63,960 bases of DNA, filler included, from Reticulomyxa filosa (GCA_000512085.1; 20 parts of 20 records of this genome joined end to end with filler, not necessarily neighbours in it); one strand, 5' to 3'; counted from the whole stretch's first letter, positions 25,226 to 39,366 are shown. Program-made: numbers and translations. The notes: generated by a model not told the origin, from the letters alone.

Positions 25226-26718
25226 TTAATTGCCGAAAATGTAACTGACCATATTGGCAACAGTGGTAATTTGGTCACCTGATTTCCATGCATAATTTTT
25301 GCCATTGTAGCCCCACCAGTCCCAGCAACCATCAGGATTTCCTTTTGCATCGTCAGCCGCTGCCTGAGGGTATAACAAAACTATTTTGTTTGTCTCTGCC
25401 CATTCATTGTATCCTGCATTTCGTGCATAAGTATCATTGAATTGCTTTCCATTGTAACTGGCTTGTATGTATTGTTCACATCCGTGGAAAACCACATGAA
25501 GTATGCAATTACTTGGCAGCGGGTTGATAGAACAGCCGGTTGGCACGTATACAAACGCGATATCCTTTTTGATATAATATTTTTTTTTAAACAAACATTA
25601 ATATGCAAGGTAGTGCAATACTCTGTTTCGCATTATCACATTTTTTTTTTCCTCCCTTTTCCAAAATTCGTGCACTGGTTTAACTTCCATGCTGATTGAT
25701 TTTGGTGCTTCTTTGTTGGGTGTGAATTGATCTTGACTGATTTGAATCAAATTGTTATATCTATGAGAATAACGACAATAAATAAATTAAAAAAGTAATA
25801 ACATCTCAAAAAAACATCAATCTACAAAAAAAGGTACTCAACGGGACTTGGTTAGAATTGACAGGTGAATTCAATTTGGTATTCAAGATGAACTCGAGAA
25901 TTGCACCAGCAAGATCATAGCCACAGTTATTAATATATGGCTCAGCCAAATCCGAACACTTGTTACCATAAAAATCGGTGATCATTGCGTGTTCACTGCT
26001 TATATTGTTTTGGAAATACACCTATATCCCGTATATGTATTATGTATTATTTCCATTTTTCTTTCCCTTTCTCTTTTTTTTTTCTTTCCCTCTCTTTAGC
26101 TTACTTGAGAACTCTCTTGAGCAAATTCGGCAAAGTACTCTTGTCCCTTCTTCACACAGCCACTCTGGACAACAGTGTCTTTGGTACCACTGTAAAGGTA
26201 TACACGCATTGTCGCAATGTTTGACGTTGCGTCAATGTCCCCTGACGTTGCAAATTGCTTTGTGGTTTGTACCAATTTATCAACGTCTATTTCAGAAGGG
26301 AGCTGAGTGCACGCATCTACCGCTTCTATGTATTCGTCCTCTGCACAATAGTAAGGTCCTCCTGCCTGTTATTTCACACCCCCCCTCCCTCGTCCTCATT
26401 TTATACAACTTCGAAAATAAAGACAATAGTAATCAGAGTGAAAGCATCTTCTTACCACCACTCCAAGTCCGGTCACGACAGAGGAATAGGCCACTGCATA
26501 ATCAACTGCAAAGTAAGCGCCTAATTAACAATTTTGGTTATTTTTCACAGTATATTTTTTTGTAATAAAAAAAAACACGTTTATGGATAAATACTTTACA
26601 AAGGTCTGTCAAGTGTACCTGAAGACAGTCCTGAGACTGTGTATGTTTGAGAGGCCGACAATTTGCCTTGAATTTGGGCAAATAAAAAAGCACTGCTAAA
26701 GAAGAGAGTGGAAAGCAT
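25226..26718 (-). CDS. Secreted poly(3-hydroxybutyrate) depolymerase-like esterase (circularly permuted fungal PhaZ type), multi-exon
   Basis: Signal-peptide-like start MLSTLFFSSAFLFAQIQG. Nucleophile TVSGLSSG/AYFA, then AGGPYYCA, Asp in VYLYSGTKDTVV and His in SEHAMIT. Also PYINNCGYDLAG, LHVVFHGC, YNEWAETNKIVLLYPQA and NPDGCWDWWGY. Confidence 0.88.
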
Positions 26719-26913
26719 TTGCAATAGATTCTTTTTCTTCTTGGTGGAGAAAAGACCACAAAAAACTTGTGCAAAACAGGTGTTTACCTTCGAAGAAGTT
26801 TGAACAAACAGTANNNNNNNNNNNNNNNNNNNNNNNNNNNNNNNNNNNNNNNNNNNNTTAATTAATTAANNNNNNNNNNNNNNNNNNNNNNNNNNNNNNN
26901 NNNNNNNNNNNNN

Positions 26914-29314
26914 AAAAAAAAAATGAATAATCATGAATCTAGGTGTATCAAGCACTATTCATGTGTGCACTTTGGAAAGAGTGGGACATGAGACAATGGT
27001 TATCTGCAAGACAATTTTTTGTTATGATATATACCCTTTCCAAAGAGAAGTCAGCAGAACAACTCCACGCTTTTGTCCTTCAAATCATAGTACACAATCT
27101 CTCTGTATTTGGTAATGATGATGGAACTGTATTGTACGATAATACGGAAAAAGAGCTTTGTTCTGCGTTTGATAAATTTATGCTAATTCCATGTCTCAAT
27201 TACTTGGCCTTGTCAAAGTGGATCACTCAACAAAAAGAATTTTTATATTTCAGCCAAATGTTGCAAAATATTAACTTTAAAGCTGATAAATTATGGACAT
27301 TCGACGAAAAGATTTTCGAAGAGACTATCACCTTCGACTTGCGCTTGCGTACTACTGAATCTTCTCCTAACATTTTTATTGAAAGTTATTTGGTTACTTT
27401 ATTGCAGTGCTATCCTCGGCATACCGATCTTACTGTACAATTATTACTCAACAACACCAACAAGGGAATTGAAAATCAGATATTGACTCGGATATTGCAG
27501 TTGATATGGACAGTTTCGTTTTCGTTATTTGTTTGTGTACATATATATATGTATATTCATTGATTAATTTATCCATAACAGCTCTATATTGTTTTGCTCA
27601 TACATTCAACAATACATACACGATACATAAAACAAAAGAAAAGTGAAGGAAATAAAAAAAAAAGTGAAAAGGAAAGTTTAACAAGCCATATATTAAGCTT
27701 ACTCTTAAAAGATAAAGAAAGACGTGCCTATTGGATTGAACTATTGGTAAATTCAAGTATGATAAGTGACCATAAACACTTTTTGAACGCACTCCAAGAT
27801 TCACTCAAAACATTGGCTAGATGGTACGGAAGAAAAGAAGGACGCTCCTGAAAATGTATCATTTCACTCCAAAGTAATTGAGTTGCTGTCTTCTGATACA
27901 TTTGCAAAGGCCAAGTCGTATCATCAATGTTTAATGGAAAGCGTACATGAAAGGAATCAAAAATTATTACTAAACAACAAGAAATGGACCCCGGAGGAAA
28001 TCAAAGAAGTCAAATGGGAATTGTGGCAAAAGATATTGGATCAAATTAACAATATTCCGGAAATAGAAGTTTTAGATGAAAAAAATGTGGAGACAGCAAG
28101 TAAAAACCTTTGTTCAAGTTTGGAATATTGCTTTGAATGTCGATCGTGGTTTAAACAAAAAAACCCAATGCAGTCACCATTGTTCAAGTTTTTCAATCAA
28201 GTGTTGACACAGTTGATCAAAAAGGACAATCTTCTCCCTATTCATGTCTATGAAGATTTGATGCAAAAATGGAAAGATATTGAGGATATTTTTTCTTATT
28301 GTTCAATGGGCTCAAAACCGTCATTACAAAATTTAGAAAAAATCGTGAACGAGTGTCGACAATTTTTCGAATTACTTCGCATGTTCGAGCGTATACGCAG
28401 CGATTATTTATTTGAGCATGATTTGTCAGATCGATTGAAAGAACTTGGACAACAGAATGAGAGTTTGCGAAAGCAAAGATTTTTAAAAGTAAAAGAGGAT
28501 TATAAAGATGAACTCCAACTATTGAAATCGTATGAACAAAAAATGAACATCATATTGGAACGGAGTCAAAGTGTGATGTTTAATGAAATTTGGGAAAAGT
28601 ACAATAAACAATATGAATCGACCAGAGACCAAACACCTCTTTTTATTTTTAACAAAGTATTTGATAATGTGAACCGCACATGGGAAGATTTTAAGCAGGT
28701 TCACAGCACTGCCTTTTTTATTTTGGGCATTATTGAAAACAAACATATTTTGCCCTCAATTCAACTTGTGAATGTGTATAGAGCCTTCAAAATAAATCAT
28801 CCAGTTATAGAGATTTGAAGAGGATACTCATCAACTATTCAAAAGACCCAAACGGAATTAAACGGTGTTTGATAAATGAAATGAGCTATTTATTTCCAGA
28901 GCATAGCGAAGAATGGAGAAAACAAATTGTAAGTGATTTGGAAGAGAAATTGAAAACTGAGATCGATTTGAGAGAGAAATTCCAGCCTTGGATAGAGTTA
29001 AAGAAAGTGACAGAGCAAATGAAAGAGTACCATCCTCGCAAAGATAAAATAAACGAAGATGAGAAATGGAAAGAATATGTAAAAGTATTGGTACAAATGG
29101 AAGAATTAACAAGAACAAGTGAAGATATTTCAGATGAGCAGACATCCCAACGTTGCAATGCTTGTACTACATATATCGGTGAAGGTGCCAAATCCTGCAT
29201 GGCCATTGGTCTTTTTGATGTCTTGAATCGTTGCAAAGATCAATTAAAAATATTGGCAGAAAATCAAAATTTCAATGATGAAACACACTTTGAGAACACA
29301 TTAAATGTATTAAG
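26914..29314 (+). CDS. Fragment of a large helical protein from an expanded family (possibly the N-terminal stalk of an RNF213-like giant)
   Basis: Consecutive long ORFs with introns and one frameshift near 27805. Coiled/helical composition, SQSVMFNEIWEKY. The family link is inferred and weak. Confidence 0.45.
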
Positions 29315-29499
29315 NNNNNNNNNNNNNNNNNNNNNNNNNNNNNNNNNNNNNNNNNNNNTTAATTAATTAANNNNNNNNNNNNNNNNNNNNNNNNNNNNNN
29401 NNNNNNNNNNNNNNATTTTCTGTTATTTTATATACATATATACCAAACGTAGGAATAATCATTTTATTGAAAAGAATGATGTGGAAAGGGGAAAGGGGA

Positions 29500-30380
29500 A
29501 GCAAAAATAATTTCCAATTCTTCTGTTTCTGACACGGCCTTCAACTCCTCGTTTTGTTGTGGCATTGCAAGCTCTCCAAATTTGCTATTTGAAAGTGTAG
29601 TGAAAATGAGGTCGGGGATAAGCAGTAGTTTGCTGTTCATCAGCCACGTCAGCAATTCGTTGACAAAGCGACTCAAAAACACAAACTTCATTCCGGATAG
29701 TCACATTTTGACCTGTTTTTTTTTTTTTTTTTTGTGGTGTATTTTCGCACAGTTATATATTTGCATTGGAAGTCAATTATTATTTTTATCTTGTGTACGT
29801 ATACATATATCACACATTGCATCTTTTTTGGATGGAAAAAAAAACAAACAAACAGACCTCCATATCATATCCAGCATAATCCTTTTCTACTTCATTATGT
29901 CTTAAAATTCGATTTGAATCAATTTGTCCGTTGCCGTTTCGATCTAAAAAAAAAAATAACACAACACGACATATAATATATAATATATTATAATATAATA
30001 TAAAAGTATACGTTTTTGAACAATATGGAGAGAAAAGACACTAAACAACATGACTCAGGATCTCAGTGTAAGGATAGTCTGGTATTTGCGTGGCCGTGCT
30101 GGTGACATCGCGAAGAGTGATAGTGCCCAAGTTGATAAACGAGTCAAAGCTGTACGGGAAGAAGGAGACATTAGCACTCAATCCGGAGACGCTGAGATGG
30201 GCCAAAAAGAATTGCTGAGCGCATAAGACAACTTCGACAGAGGCAAGAGTGGCATAGATTTTGAAGTTGGTAATGGACTTGCGTTCGACTGATTTTGCTT
30301 CGGGTTTGAACGATTGGTCTTGTGTTTGTCTTGTTTCTTGTTGTTGTCTCTCTTCTCTGTGTTTCAGCATTTGACTGTCG

Positions 30381-30411
<31 letters not shown>

Positions 30412-30980
30412 TATTGTTGTTTTGTTTCTCTTCCTTCTTGTCCATGCCCAAGGATTGGGTCAGATACCTACTTTCCGTTTTCTCCTTTTCCGTGGCCGGG
30501 GGAAAGAAGTTCTTCAAGATGTCTATAATGCCATAGATGGTTTCGGGTCGCAAATAAAAGATGAGTGACTGTGCGCGCACATCGATTTCTTGATCCACTT
30601 TTCGATAGGTCGGGGAGTCCCTATCTTCAATTCGGTCGACACTTTGAAGAACGGGTTCTTGTCGGAGACGAGGAAAGGGGCCACATTTTTCATCGACACG
30701 AGCAGACTGGACCGGGACAAGAAACTTCGGGAATTTTCTGGTCGGAAGTTTGGTCTCCAATATATACATGATTTCGGACTCGTCCGACACGAGTTTGGGA
30801 CAGATTTAATCTTCCACCGCCGTCTGTCCGATCGAAAACATCGCCATCATCACCCACTTCTTTAGCTCCAGTCCAAACACAATGTCATCAATGTGCGCCT
30901 GCAGCAGCAACTTTGGTGGATCTTTCGTGTCGTCGACTAGTTCAAATGCGATTGTGCGCACCACAAATCGGAGCAAAAAG
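29500..30980 (-). CDS. VPS13: VPS13-family lipid-transport protein, internal fragment
   Basis: Repeating beta-groove motifs: SLIFYLRPETIYGIIDIL, IYATLASVEVVL...LAHLSVSGLSANV...INLGTITLRDVT...YTEIL, and GMKFVFLSRFVNELLTWL. Confidence 0.7.
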
Positions 30981-31989
30981 NNNNNNNNNNNNNNNNNNNN
31001 NNNNNNNNNNNNNNNNNNNNNNNNTTAATTAATTAANNNNNNNNNNNNNNNNNNNNNNNNNNNNNNNNNNNNNNNNNNNNATTGAAAAGTGTTGCTATCT
31101 TTATCATATTCTATTGATAATCTTATCTTTCCACAAAACAACAGCATTTGATAATTTGTTTATTTTTTTTTCCATTTCTTGTCTATTTTTTAACTTTTGA
31201 TACAAAGCAATGATAATTGATAAAATCTTTAGTTGGTAAAGTATCAATGTTTAATAAATTGAAATGTATTTAAATTAAACATGATAATATTATTTTTATA
31301 AGAAGTTGAATACAATCTAAAATTATCTAAAAGTGTCGATATGCAATAACCTAGTTTGTAGAAAAATTCTTTTCTTCGAATAAGATAGTACAAGAAAAGG
31401 GATCAAACAGAATTTTGTTTCAATGAATTCCAAATGTGATATTTCATTAATTGTAATATAAGTTACTTATTAAAGTTTTCAATTTTTGTCAATGAAAAAA
31501 AAAAACAGAAATCAAGTTTTATAAAAAGTGTGATAAATGAAAATTACATTTTAAAGTTTAGAAAAAATCATTTCTTATGTTAAGGGGATACCATTTATAT
31601 AATTTTTGTTATAATAGTCACAATAAGGAAATGAATTACCATTTTAAAATTTGTATATCACACTTTTTTAAAATTTATAAAGTCATTTATTGAAATTATT
31701 ATAGACAAAAATTTTGATGAATAAACATTAAAGAGATTAATATCATAAAAATTATTTCATAGCAGATTTTCAATAATATTTAATTCATAGTAAATTCAAT
31801 GTTATTTGTCAGATTGCTTGTATTAACTTTGTCCTTCCGAATTATTCTTAATAATAAAGCGTGCTAGAAATGCTTTTTTTTTAATAAAATTTTTCTTACT
31901 CAATACATTATTCCATTTCAATAAAAATCTCAGATCTTCTTTTTTTGTTCTCATTGTTTTGAAACATCACATTCCTTGGAATATAATCT

Positions 31990-32601
31990 CTTTTAAACTC
32001 TGCCATTATTATATAATACATTTACTTTCATTGCTTAATAACCAGTATCCTTTCACTTTTGGAAATACCTCCAATCATGCTCTTATGTACTCTGCGACAT
32101 TATAATAGACTATTTACAGATTTTTTTAAAAATCATTGTCTTGAACATAAGCAATTTTTACTGTTATACTTTCTTAATCCTGTAGGGATAGTGAGTGGAC
32201 TAAACGAGGAAGAAATGATTATTGTACCATTTTATACAGACTTGGATATTTACTTAAGTAATCATTGCATTGTTTAACTGTCCAATTTTCTTTATTTTTA
32301 TCCACTTTGATTTGATTACATTTAAAATTTTGTAAAAAATAAAAGCGATCCTTTATTTGACTTTTTGAAAATGGTAATAAATATAATTTTGCTGTGTTAT
32401 GACTGTTACCACCGATCAATATTTTTTGGATATCACCATCACTCAATACACCACTTTGACGTGTTATGATTACTTTTGCGTTCCATTCATTTAATTTAAA
32501 ACGATCATAAAAATATTTGAGCAAATTGTTTTTGTTATATTAGTAGATGATATCAAGGTTGGTGGCAATTCGAATGTGATATGTTCTGGACCATTGGATA
32601 A
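31990..32601 (-). pseudogene. Decayed NACHT NTPase fragment (NACHT-WD40 type)
   Basis: YFYDRFKLNEWNAKVIITRQS (sensor-1 VIITxR-like), LYLLPFSKSQIK and NWTVKQCNDYLSKYPSLYKMVQ*SFLPRL (P-L-L-L-like helix), with stops and frameshifts. Confidence 0.55.
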
Positions 32602-34789
32602 NNNNNNNNNNNNNNNNNNNNNNNNNNNNNNNNNNNNNNNNNNNNTTAATTAATTAANNNNNNNNNNNNNNNNNNNNNNNNNNNNNNNNNNNNNNNNNNN
32701 NTTTCTTTTTTTAACAAAAATTGACAAAGTTTTTTGAAAATTAATATTCTCCATACTATTGAAATTATTTGTCTTCAAAAAGAGAAAGAAAGAAATAATT
32801 TGTTTGTAAATGAACTACTTGACAAACTATAAAGAGAACTTGTGTTGCTCCTTTTTTTGAACTAAGACAATATTGTTACACTTCTCTTTCGCTAACCTTT
32901 ACTTTTTCAAAATACTTAAAAATTTAGTGGGAAAAAAAAACAATTCGTATTACACTTAGTGTAAATTCTTAATATTTTTTTAAAGTGAAGGAATGAAAAA
33001 AATACATGAAATATATTCGAGTTCTATCACGTAAATCAGAAAGTATTTTAAAAACTTTGTTTTAACAAACAAGCCATACCAAAAATGTGTTAAGCATAAA
33101 AAACAACGAACAAACAAGGAAAAAATCAACACTGCATCAAAACGAGAAAAAAGAATGGTCGTGAAACCAAACAAATATCATTAATTTTGATCCAAACAGT
33201 CCGTTGTGGTATGTTTGCTAACATTGCTTTTGGTGTGACTGCTGTGCTTGTGACGATGTTTGAATTTGAATTTCAATCTTTGTGCATCGGTCAGCTTACT
33301 CAAAGCACGAGCCCAATGGATGGACCCTTCCGGCATTTGAGTGACAACAAACACAGTAAGGAGTCATCAGCTGGTCGATACACATAACTCACGTCATTGA
33401 CACCATTTTTTCCAACGATCGGCAATTTATAAATATGTTTGGTTGTTTTTTTTTTTTGACTTTGCGGGATTTACTTCTGTTTCTTCCAAGACAATATGAC
33501 GACAGTCTAAACTCAAGCACATGCGCTTTATCTGCTTGTTCAATTCAATAATATCAGGTCTCGATAACACATTTTTATGAATGAGTATACGAGGCCCATA
33601 CAAGGTAATACAGGCATCGTTGACCAATACCGTAATTCTCTCGTAAGCTGTCATTTTGTATTTGACAGCAAGTTCCAGACAATTGTTGGCAATGTATCCT
33701 TGTAATTGATTCCATTCTTGGACAAGCTCGTCATTATTCGCGCTTTGTCTTTGCTTGCTTTGTTATCAATATCTGCATGTGCTCATATTCACCGGGAAAA
33801 TGGCGCATCTCTTCAAAACAATACTACAAATTCTGAAGCCAAGCTTTGTCAAAAAACGCAAAAATCCACACAACATGGGCTGTCCGATTGCAAGTCCAAC
33901 ATTTATATTTGGCCAACATATGCCAACAGCACTCCAATTAATCCAATTCCAAGCAAAAAAAACACAGGACTGGCTATAGATGGTCATTCAATACAAAGGA
34001 GTGAGTACCTTATTAACTTCGTTTGATTCGTGTTTCAGCAGAACACACAATAGCTCTTTTCCTTTTGATCGGCTCAATTGAAAGGCATAATACCCACCAC
34101 CATGGTTGGGTCAGTCATGAAACATTTATTGTTCCAAATACTCGTCAATGTTAATCTTGGACCAATCATCGCGTTGAGCACTCCGTTCTTCGGATTTGGA
34201 TTTCGACTCCATTTCCACATTTGGCTCATACTCGGATCGCATATCCAAAGACTCTTTTTTTTTTTGGGACGCCTTATTTGTATTGGAGTTTACTTTATCA
34301 TTTGGCAAAGTTGCGGATAGCATGAGCGAATGCGACCCAACGCNNNNNNNNNNNNNNNNNNNNNNNNNNNNNNNNNNNNNNNNNNNNTTAATTAATTAAN
34401 NNNNNNNNNNNNNNNNNNNNNNNNNNNNNNNNNNNNNNNNNNNAAAAATGAAAAGGTTTACATTTATATTTATTTTGTTATTTTTTTATAAAATGTTTGT
34501 TTGTGTGTATGAATAGGCATGCCCCCATCAAAAAAAAACGTTTGCTTCCCTCTCCCCGTGCAAAAAAAAAAAAAAATAGAAAGATTGGAATTAGAGCTTT
34601 TAGCTCCGAGCAAAAGTATTTTTATTTTATTTTTTTCTTAAAAAATGAAAAAATTTTCTTTGTGAATGTATAATAGGAGTCAATATCAAAGCAAATTGGA
34701 AAGTTTTTTTTATTTTTTTATTTTTATTTTTATTTTAGATAGGGTAGGGAAAAAATGTTTGTGGAAAAAATAGTTTGGGGTGGAAAAAA

Positions 34790-34925
34790 TATGGAAGATG
34801 AAAAGGGGGGAATATGGAGGAGGAAAAGGGGGAATATGGAGGAGGAAAGGGGGAAATATGGAGGAGGAAAAGGGGGAATATGGAGGAGGAAAAGGGGGGA
34901 AAATGGAGGGAAAAAGATGGGGAAA
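34790..34925 (+). repeat. Purine-rich minisatellite, about 22-bp unit GGGGGAATATGGAGGAGGAAAA, 5-6 copies
   Basis: Directly visible tandem units with small length variation in the G and A runs. Confidence 0.85.
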
Positions 34926-37900
34926 AAAATTTGAAAAAATTTTATTTGAGAAAAAGAAAAAAAATTAAAAAGAATGATTAAAAAAGAATTAGAAAATTAA
35001 AAAAGAAAAAAAAGGTTGAAAATAAATAATAATAAAAAAAAATGACAACGTTGAAAAAAGAAAAAAAAAAAAGATCAAAGTGAGAAAAAAAGAAAAAAGA
35101 AAAATAAAAAAGATAAAAAAAAGTAAATGAAAAAGTTTGTGAAAATGAAGAAAAATTATGAAAAAAAAGATGAAGAGCAACAACGACAGCAGCAAAAGAC
35201 TAATATCTGGAAAGCTCAAAGTCTCCACTCGATTGCGGAACCAATTTCACATAGCGCGCCTCAACAAAAGATTCATAACGAGTGTGGCAACAGAAACAGT
35301 TGGAAAATTTATTATCAATCAACGTCGGCGCATACAAGTCTATGAAAACAATTGTTGGTGTTGCGCATATCGAAAACGACGTTGGACTTCAATCTACTGG
35401 AGCCAAAAACAATAGAAAATGGTGTGTGCGTGAGCACATTCGCGACTTTGGGTTGTACATGTGCTGATGGAATGAATCTTTGGTGCATCTAAGAAAAAAA
35501 ACTTGGAATATCGTGCAAAATGGATGATGGTATATGGCGAAACTCCATCAAGACGCTGGCCACAAGAAGAAGATTAGTAGGAGTATTATGAAGATAAGAA
35601 AAAATAACGAAGTTGGATTTGTTTAAAAAAAAACACATCAGGCAGCTTTTTAGTTTGGATATGGAAATTATCCTTTTTATATGGAAATGCGCAAAGTCGC
35701 CACTCGCAGGCGTGAAATAACTTTGCATATCGTGTTCCAGCAGAACAAGTGTGGAAATGAATATATTGGCAACCCGAAGTATGGAAAGAAGTTGACCACC
35801 ATCAACGTCAGCACCAAACCTATTGAGAAAAAATTTCAGACTTGCAAATCGCCAAAGAATGCACCCAACTTCGCTACAAAAAACAATGGAAACGGAGCCA
35901 ATTTTATGATGGCAAAAAAAAAAGAAACTGGTCGTATACATGCGCACATCCGCAATTTTGGGTTTGGATCGTGAATATGCCAATAGAAGCAGCGAACACT
36001 CCCGAGAATGAGAAAAAAAAAAAGAAGATCGCCACTCCATCACTAATCAGATCGCCAATTGAAACGTTAGACAAACTGGAAATACCCACACATAACGTGT
36101 ATCTCATTACAAGAGCGATGATTTCTTCAAGTACAACATCCACCAGCTCTCATGGATAAGATGTCCATAGTTCAATCTGGACAATCGAGGTCTTGGCCGC
36201 TAAACGACGAAAGCAAACTTACCAAGAAGAAAAAAAAGAAATAGTATAATACGCGCAAAGTAGAAATGATTCCGACATTGTAGTGTCGCAATGGCTGCAG
36301 AGAAAAAGTGAAATACAAGGAAGAAAAGAATTGGAAGGCGAAGAAGTTGTTAAAAAATATCCACTCATTACGATCGCCACATCGGGAGAATCGCTCCATG
36401 TGAGAGTGGTTCAATTTCGTGGAGGAGTTACGCGAAACTCCGTCAAAACACAGGCAAGCAAGAAGAAAAGATGATTAGTAGAATGATGATGGAGATAAGA
36501 AAGAAAACATTTAAATCATATCACGTTGGATCTTTAAAAAAAAAAAAAACTAGTTTGCCAGATTTGCTAATTTCGGCTATTGTCTCTTCACGCCCGCGAG
36601 TTAGCGACTTTACGTTTACGGATATGCGTCGAACTGCAATCTATCGGCTCCAACAAACAAGGTTGTTATAGAAATGATGCTAACTATTCGTTTCGAGACT
36701 GGTCGTATGNNNNNNNNNNNNNNNNNNNNNNNNNNNNNNNNNNNNNNNNNNNNTTAATTAATTAANNNNNNNNNNNNNNNNNNNNNNNNNNNNNNNNNNN
36801 NNNNNNNNNTCCATCCGATGGATATACTGATCAAAATACTGTGTGCAATCACATCACTTGGTATATTCACAGAGCAAAATTCACTCCACTCAATATAAAT
36901 ATTGATAAAAACTAACACACACCTGAGACTGCTACCAATTGATAATTACAATGTCTTGAATCATGCATCACAATGGGCTGTCCCGACTTCACTTCGCAAT
37001 GTCTTCACTTTTATTACTCGCTGTTTCAGTTCGATGAGTTCCACTGTCTTACCACTGATGATCTTTGCCATTTCACACACCGTGTTCACCATTTAATCAC
37101 GCTATCGTTTTCCACTGAACAGACTCATCCATCTCGAGCACGATGAATAAACAGACATATGGAGTGTGAGAAAACGTTTGGGGCTGATGTTGGAGAATGA
37201 CATGGAGATCATATTGGAGGTAGAGCATGTCCATGTGGCGGTTGAATACAGTATTGACTTGGGCGGCGTGCTCGATGGTAACTAGGATTTCATGTGTGTG
37301 CGGCTTCGTTGGAGCAAATGTTGCGAGTTTTGCGAGAGAGAGACTGAAGGTGAACCAGATTGCACAGTTTGTTTGTGCAAATTCCAAATGCGGGTTGTGC
37401 GTGTCATTGTAGCAGCTCGAGTCAAATCGATCGTCCACAATCTGTTTATAATAACCATTGGTGTTTTGACATAAGATCCTTCGGATGCACGATAAATGAT
37501 CTTGATATGCTTCACCACATGGGACTTTCACATAGCTAAAACAAGTGAAGCTCTTTCGTCATTGATGATGCAATTGAGACATCAATATTTCGATGCGATT
37601 CTTGAATTGCAATAAATCCACAATTCTTTTGATATGTTTGCCTTGACGTGGGTGCTAATTTTTTATAATATATCGAGATCACACTTACATTTGCACACGA
37701 ATCGCCTCCACGAATTCTATTGCAAATAATTTCTCAGCCCATAAATTTGTTGAAATACCAAATAATTGGGATTCGCTGCGTTGTGCTTGACCATTCGACC
37801 GTGATCCAGCTTGTATATAATACGACGATCCAATCGTTTGACCGCATCAACCATTCTTTTTATCCGTCTTTGCCTTACAAACTATACATATCACAGCAAC

Positions 37901-39366
37901 AAAAATTAAATAAAAGCTGTTTGTGTGGATGCGAAAAACAGAAAGGGAGAACAAATTATACACACAAACAAACAAAACTATATTTGGCTTGTCGATTGGT
38001 TTCCTGGTATGATTTTGCACATCCATATCCATGCATATCTTTTTCATTTGCTATCTATATCAAATAAAATTTTATTTTAGTGTTGCAAAAAAAATGTGGA
38101 AACACACAGCACAGTATGGAAAGTAAGTATAATGTGGAATATCATATATATATTTTTTTTGTTACTGGAACTCGTTGTCTTTGCCTGCATCATTCTACAC
38201 TCTATATTTTTTTATTTTAAACAAGTCAAACAAAAAAAAAAATATATTTACAAATATACTTAACTATTGTTTGATGTCCACTGGACATAAATAGCCATTG
38301 GAGTCATAGCTCCACAAAAATAAAAAGTTGTTCAATTTTTTTTTTTTTTCCTTTCTTTTTTTATTACTATTCTTTCTTTTTTTTTTTATCAATTCTTTTT
38401 TTTTTTCCAATTATTATTATCTTTTTTTTTCTTCATATTATATATATAATTTTATTTTTTTTTTCTTTTTTCCCTCCCTTTTATTCTATTTTATCATTTT
38501 TTTCCCTCCTTTATTATATCTTTTTTTCAATCTTTATTGTCCCTTTTTTTCCCCCCTTCCACTTTCTACAATTCATTAAAAAAAATATCTTTGTTTCTCT
38601 CTTGGCTCTTTGATATCTATGCAACNNNNNNNNNNNNNNNNNNNNNNNNNNNNNNNNNNNNNNNNNNNNTTAATTAATTAANNNNNNNNNNNNNNNNNNN
38701 NNNNNNNNNNNNNNNNNNNNNNNNNAACTATCGTTTTTTTGCTTTTTTCCTCTCAATATTTTGTCGCTTGAACACATTTTTTTTCGTTTTTTTTTTTTTT
38801 TTTTTTGTGTTTATATTGAACTACTGATTTTTTTAGAGGTAATCCAAAAATAAACAAAGCTGGCAAATTTCACCTGCGACAAAATACTTGGTTTGGTCTT
38901 GTTTTAATTGTTAATTTACCGTTATGTTTTGGGATTATGTTTTTCATTTTTTATAATCTGTTGTAATAGATCGCACGAAAAAAAAAACGGATAATTCGCT
39001 CTTTCTCCTAAAAAATTTTTCGTAAGAATAGATTAATAAACATGTTTCCATATGTCGAATCTTATGACAATTATATACACTTTTGAAAAATTGTTCTATT
39101 TTCGGGGAAATCATTGTAAGTTTTCCAGGTCAGTCATATTGCGACGTACTTAATCAATTAAGCAGAACTTCATTTCCGTTTTTTTGTACCTTCAAAAGTG
39201 CGTTATAAAGTAAGTATTTATACTTAATGTGAATTTATTGAAAACGTTAGAAGATAAAATAACGTTAAGTATTAAAGATATATTTAATAATTTGAATAAA
39301 AAATATAAGTGGAAAAATTAAAGCATATATTAATTTAGGATGAATAAATTAATTAAAGAATTAGTA

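Noticed and set aside
33250-34343. Long minus-strand frame punctuated by TAA/TGA, raising the idea of stop-codon reassignment
   Set aside because: Conserved genes in the window end at ordinary TAA/TAG/TGA and have no in-frame stops in their domains. More likely an unrecognised decayed or spliced gene.
35100-36709. Coding-like degenerate sequence with a faint RNase H-like phrase (SWIRC/HSSIW..E.LA.K)
   Set aside because: Too decayed to support by eye; needs tBLASTx against retroelement libraries.
36810-37860. Possible non-LTR RT C-terminal relic (NYL/GI, LWIYCNSRIASKY) and a Cys-rich plus-strand ORF resembling a RING
   Set aside because: No YADD core is seen and the motifs need several frameshifts. 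The Cys spacing does not complete a RING.
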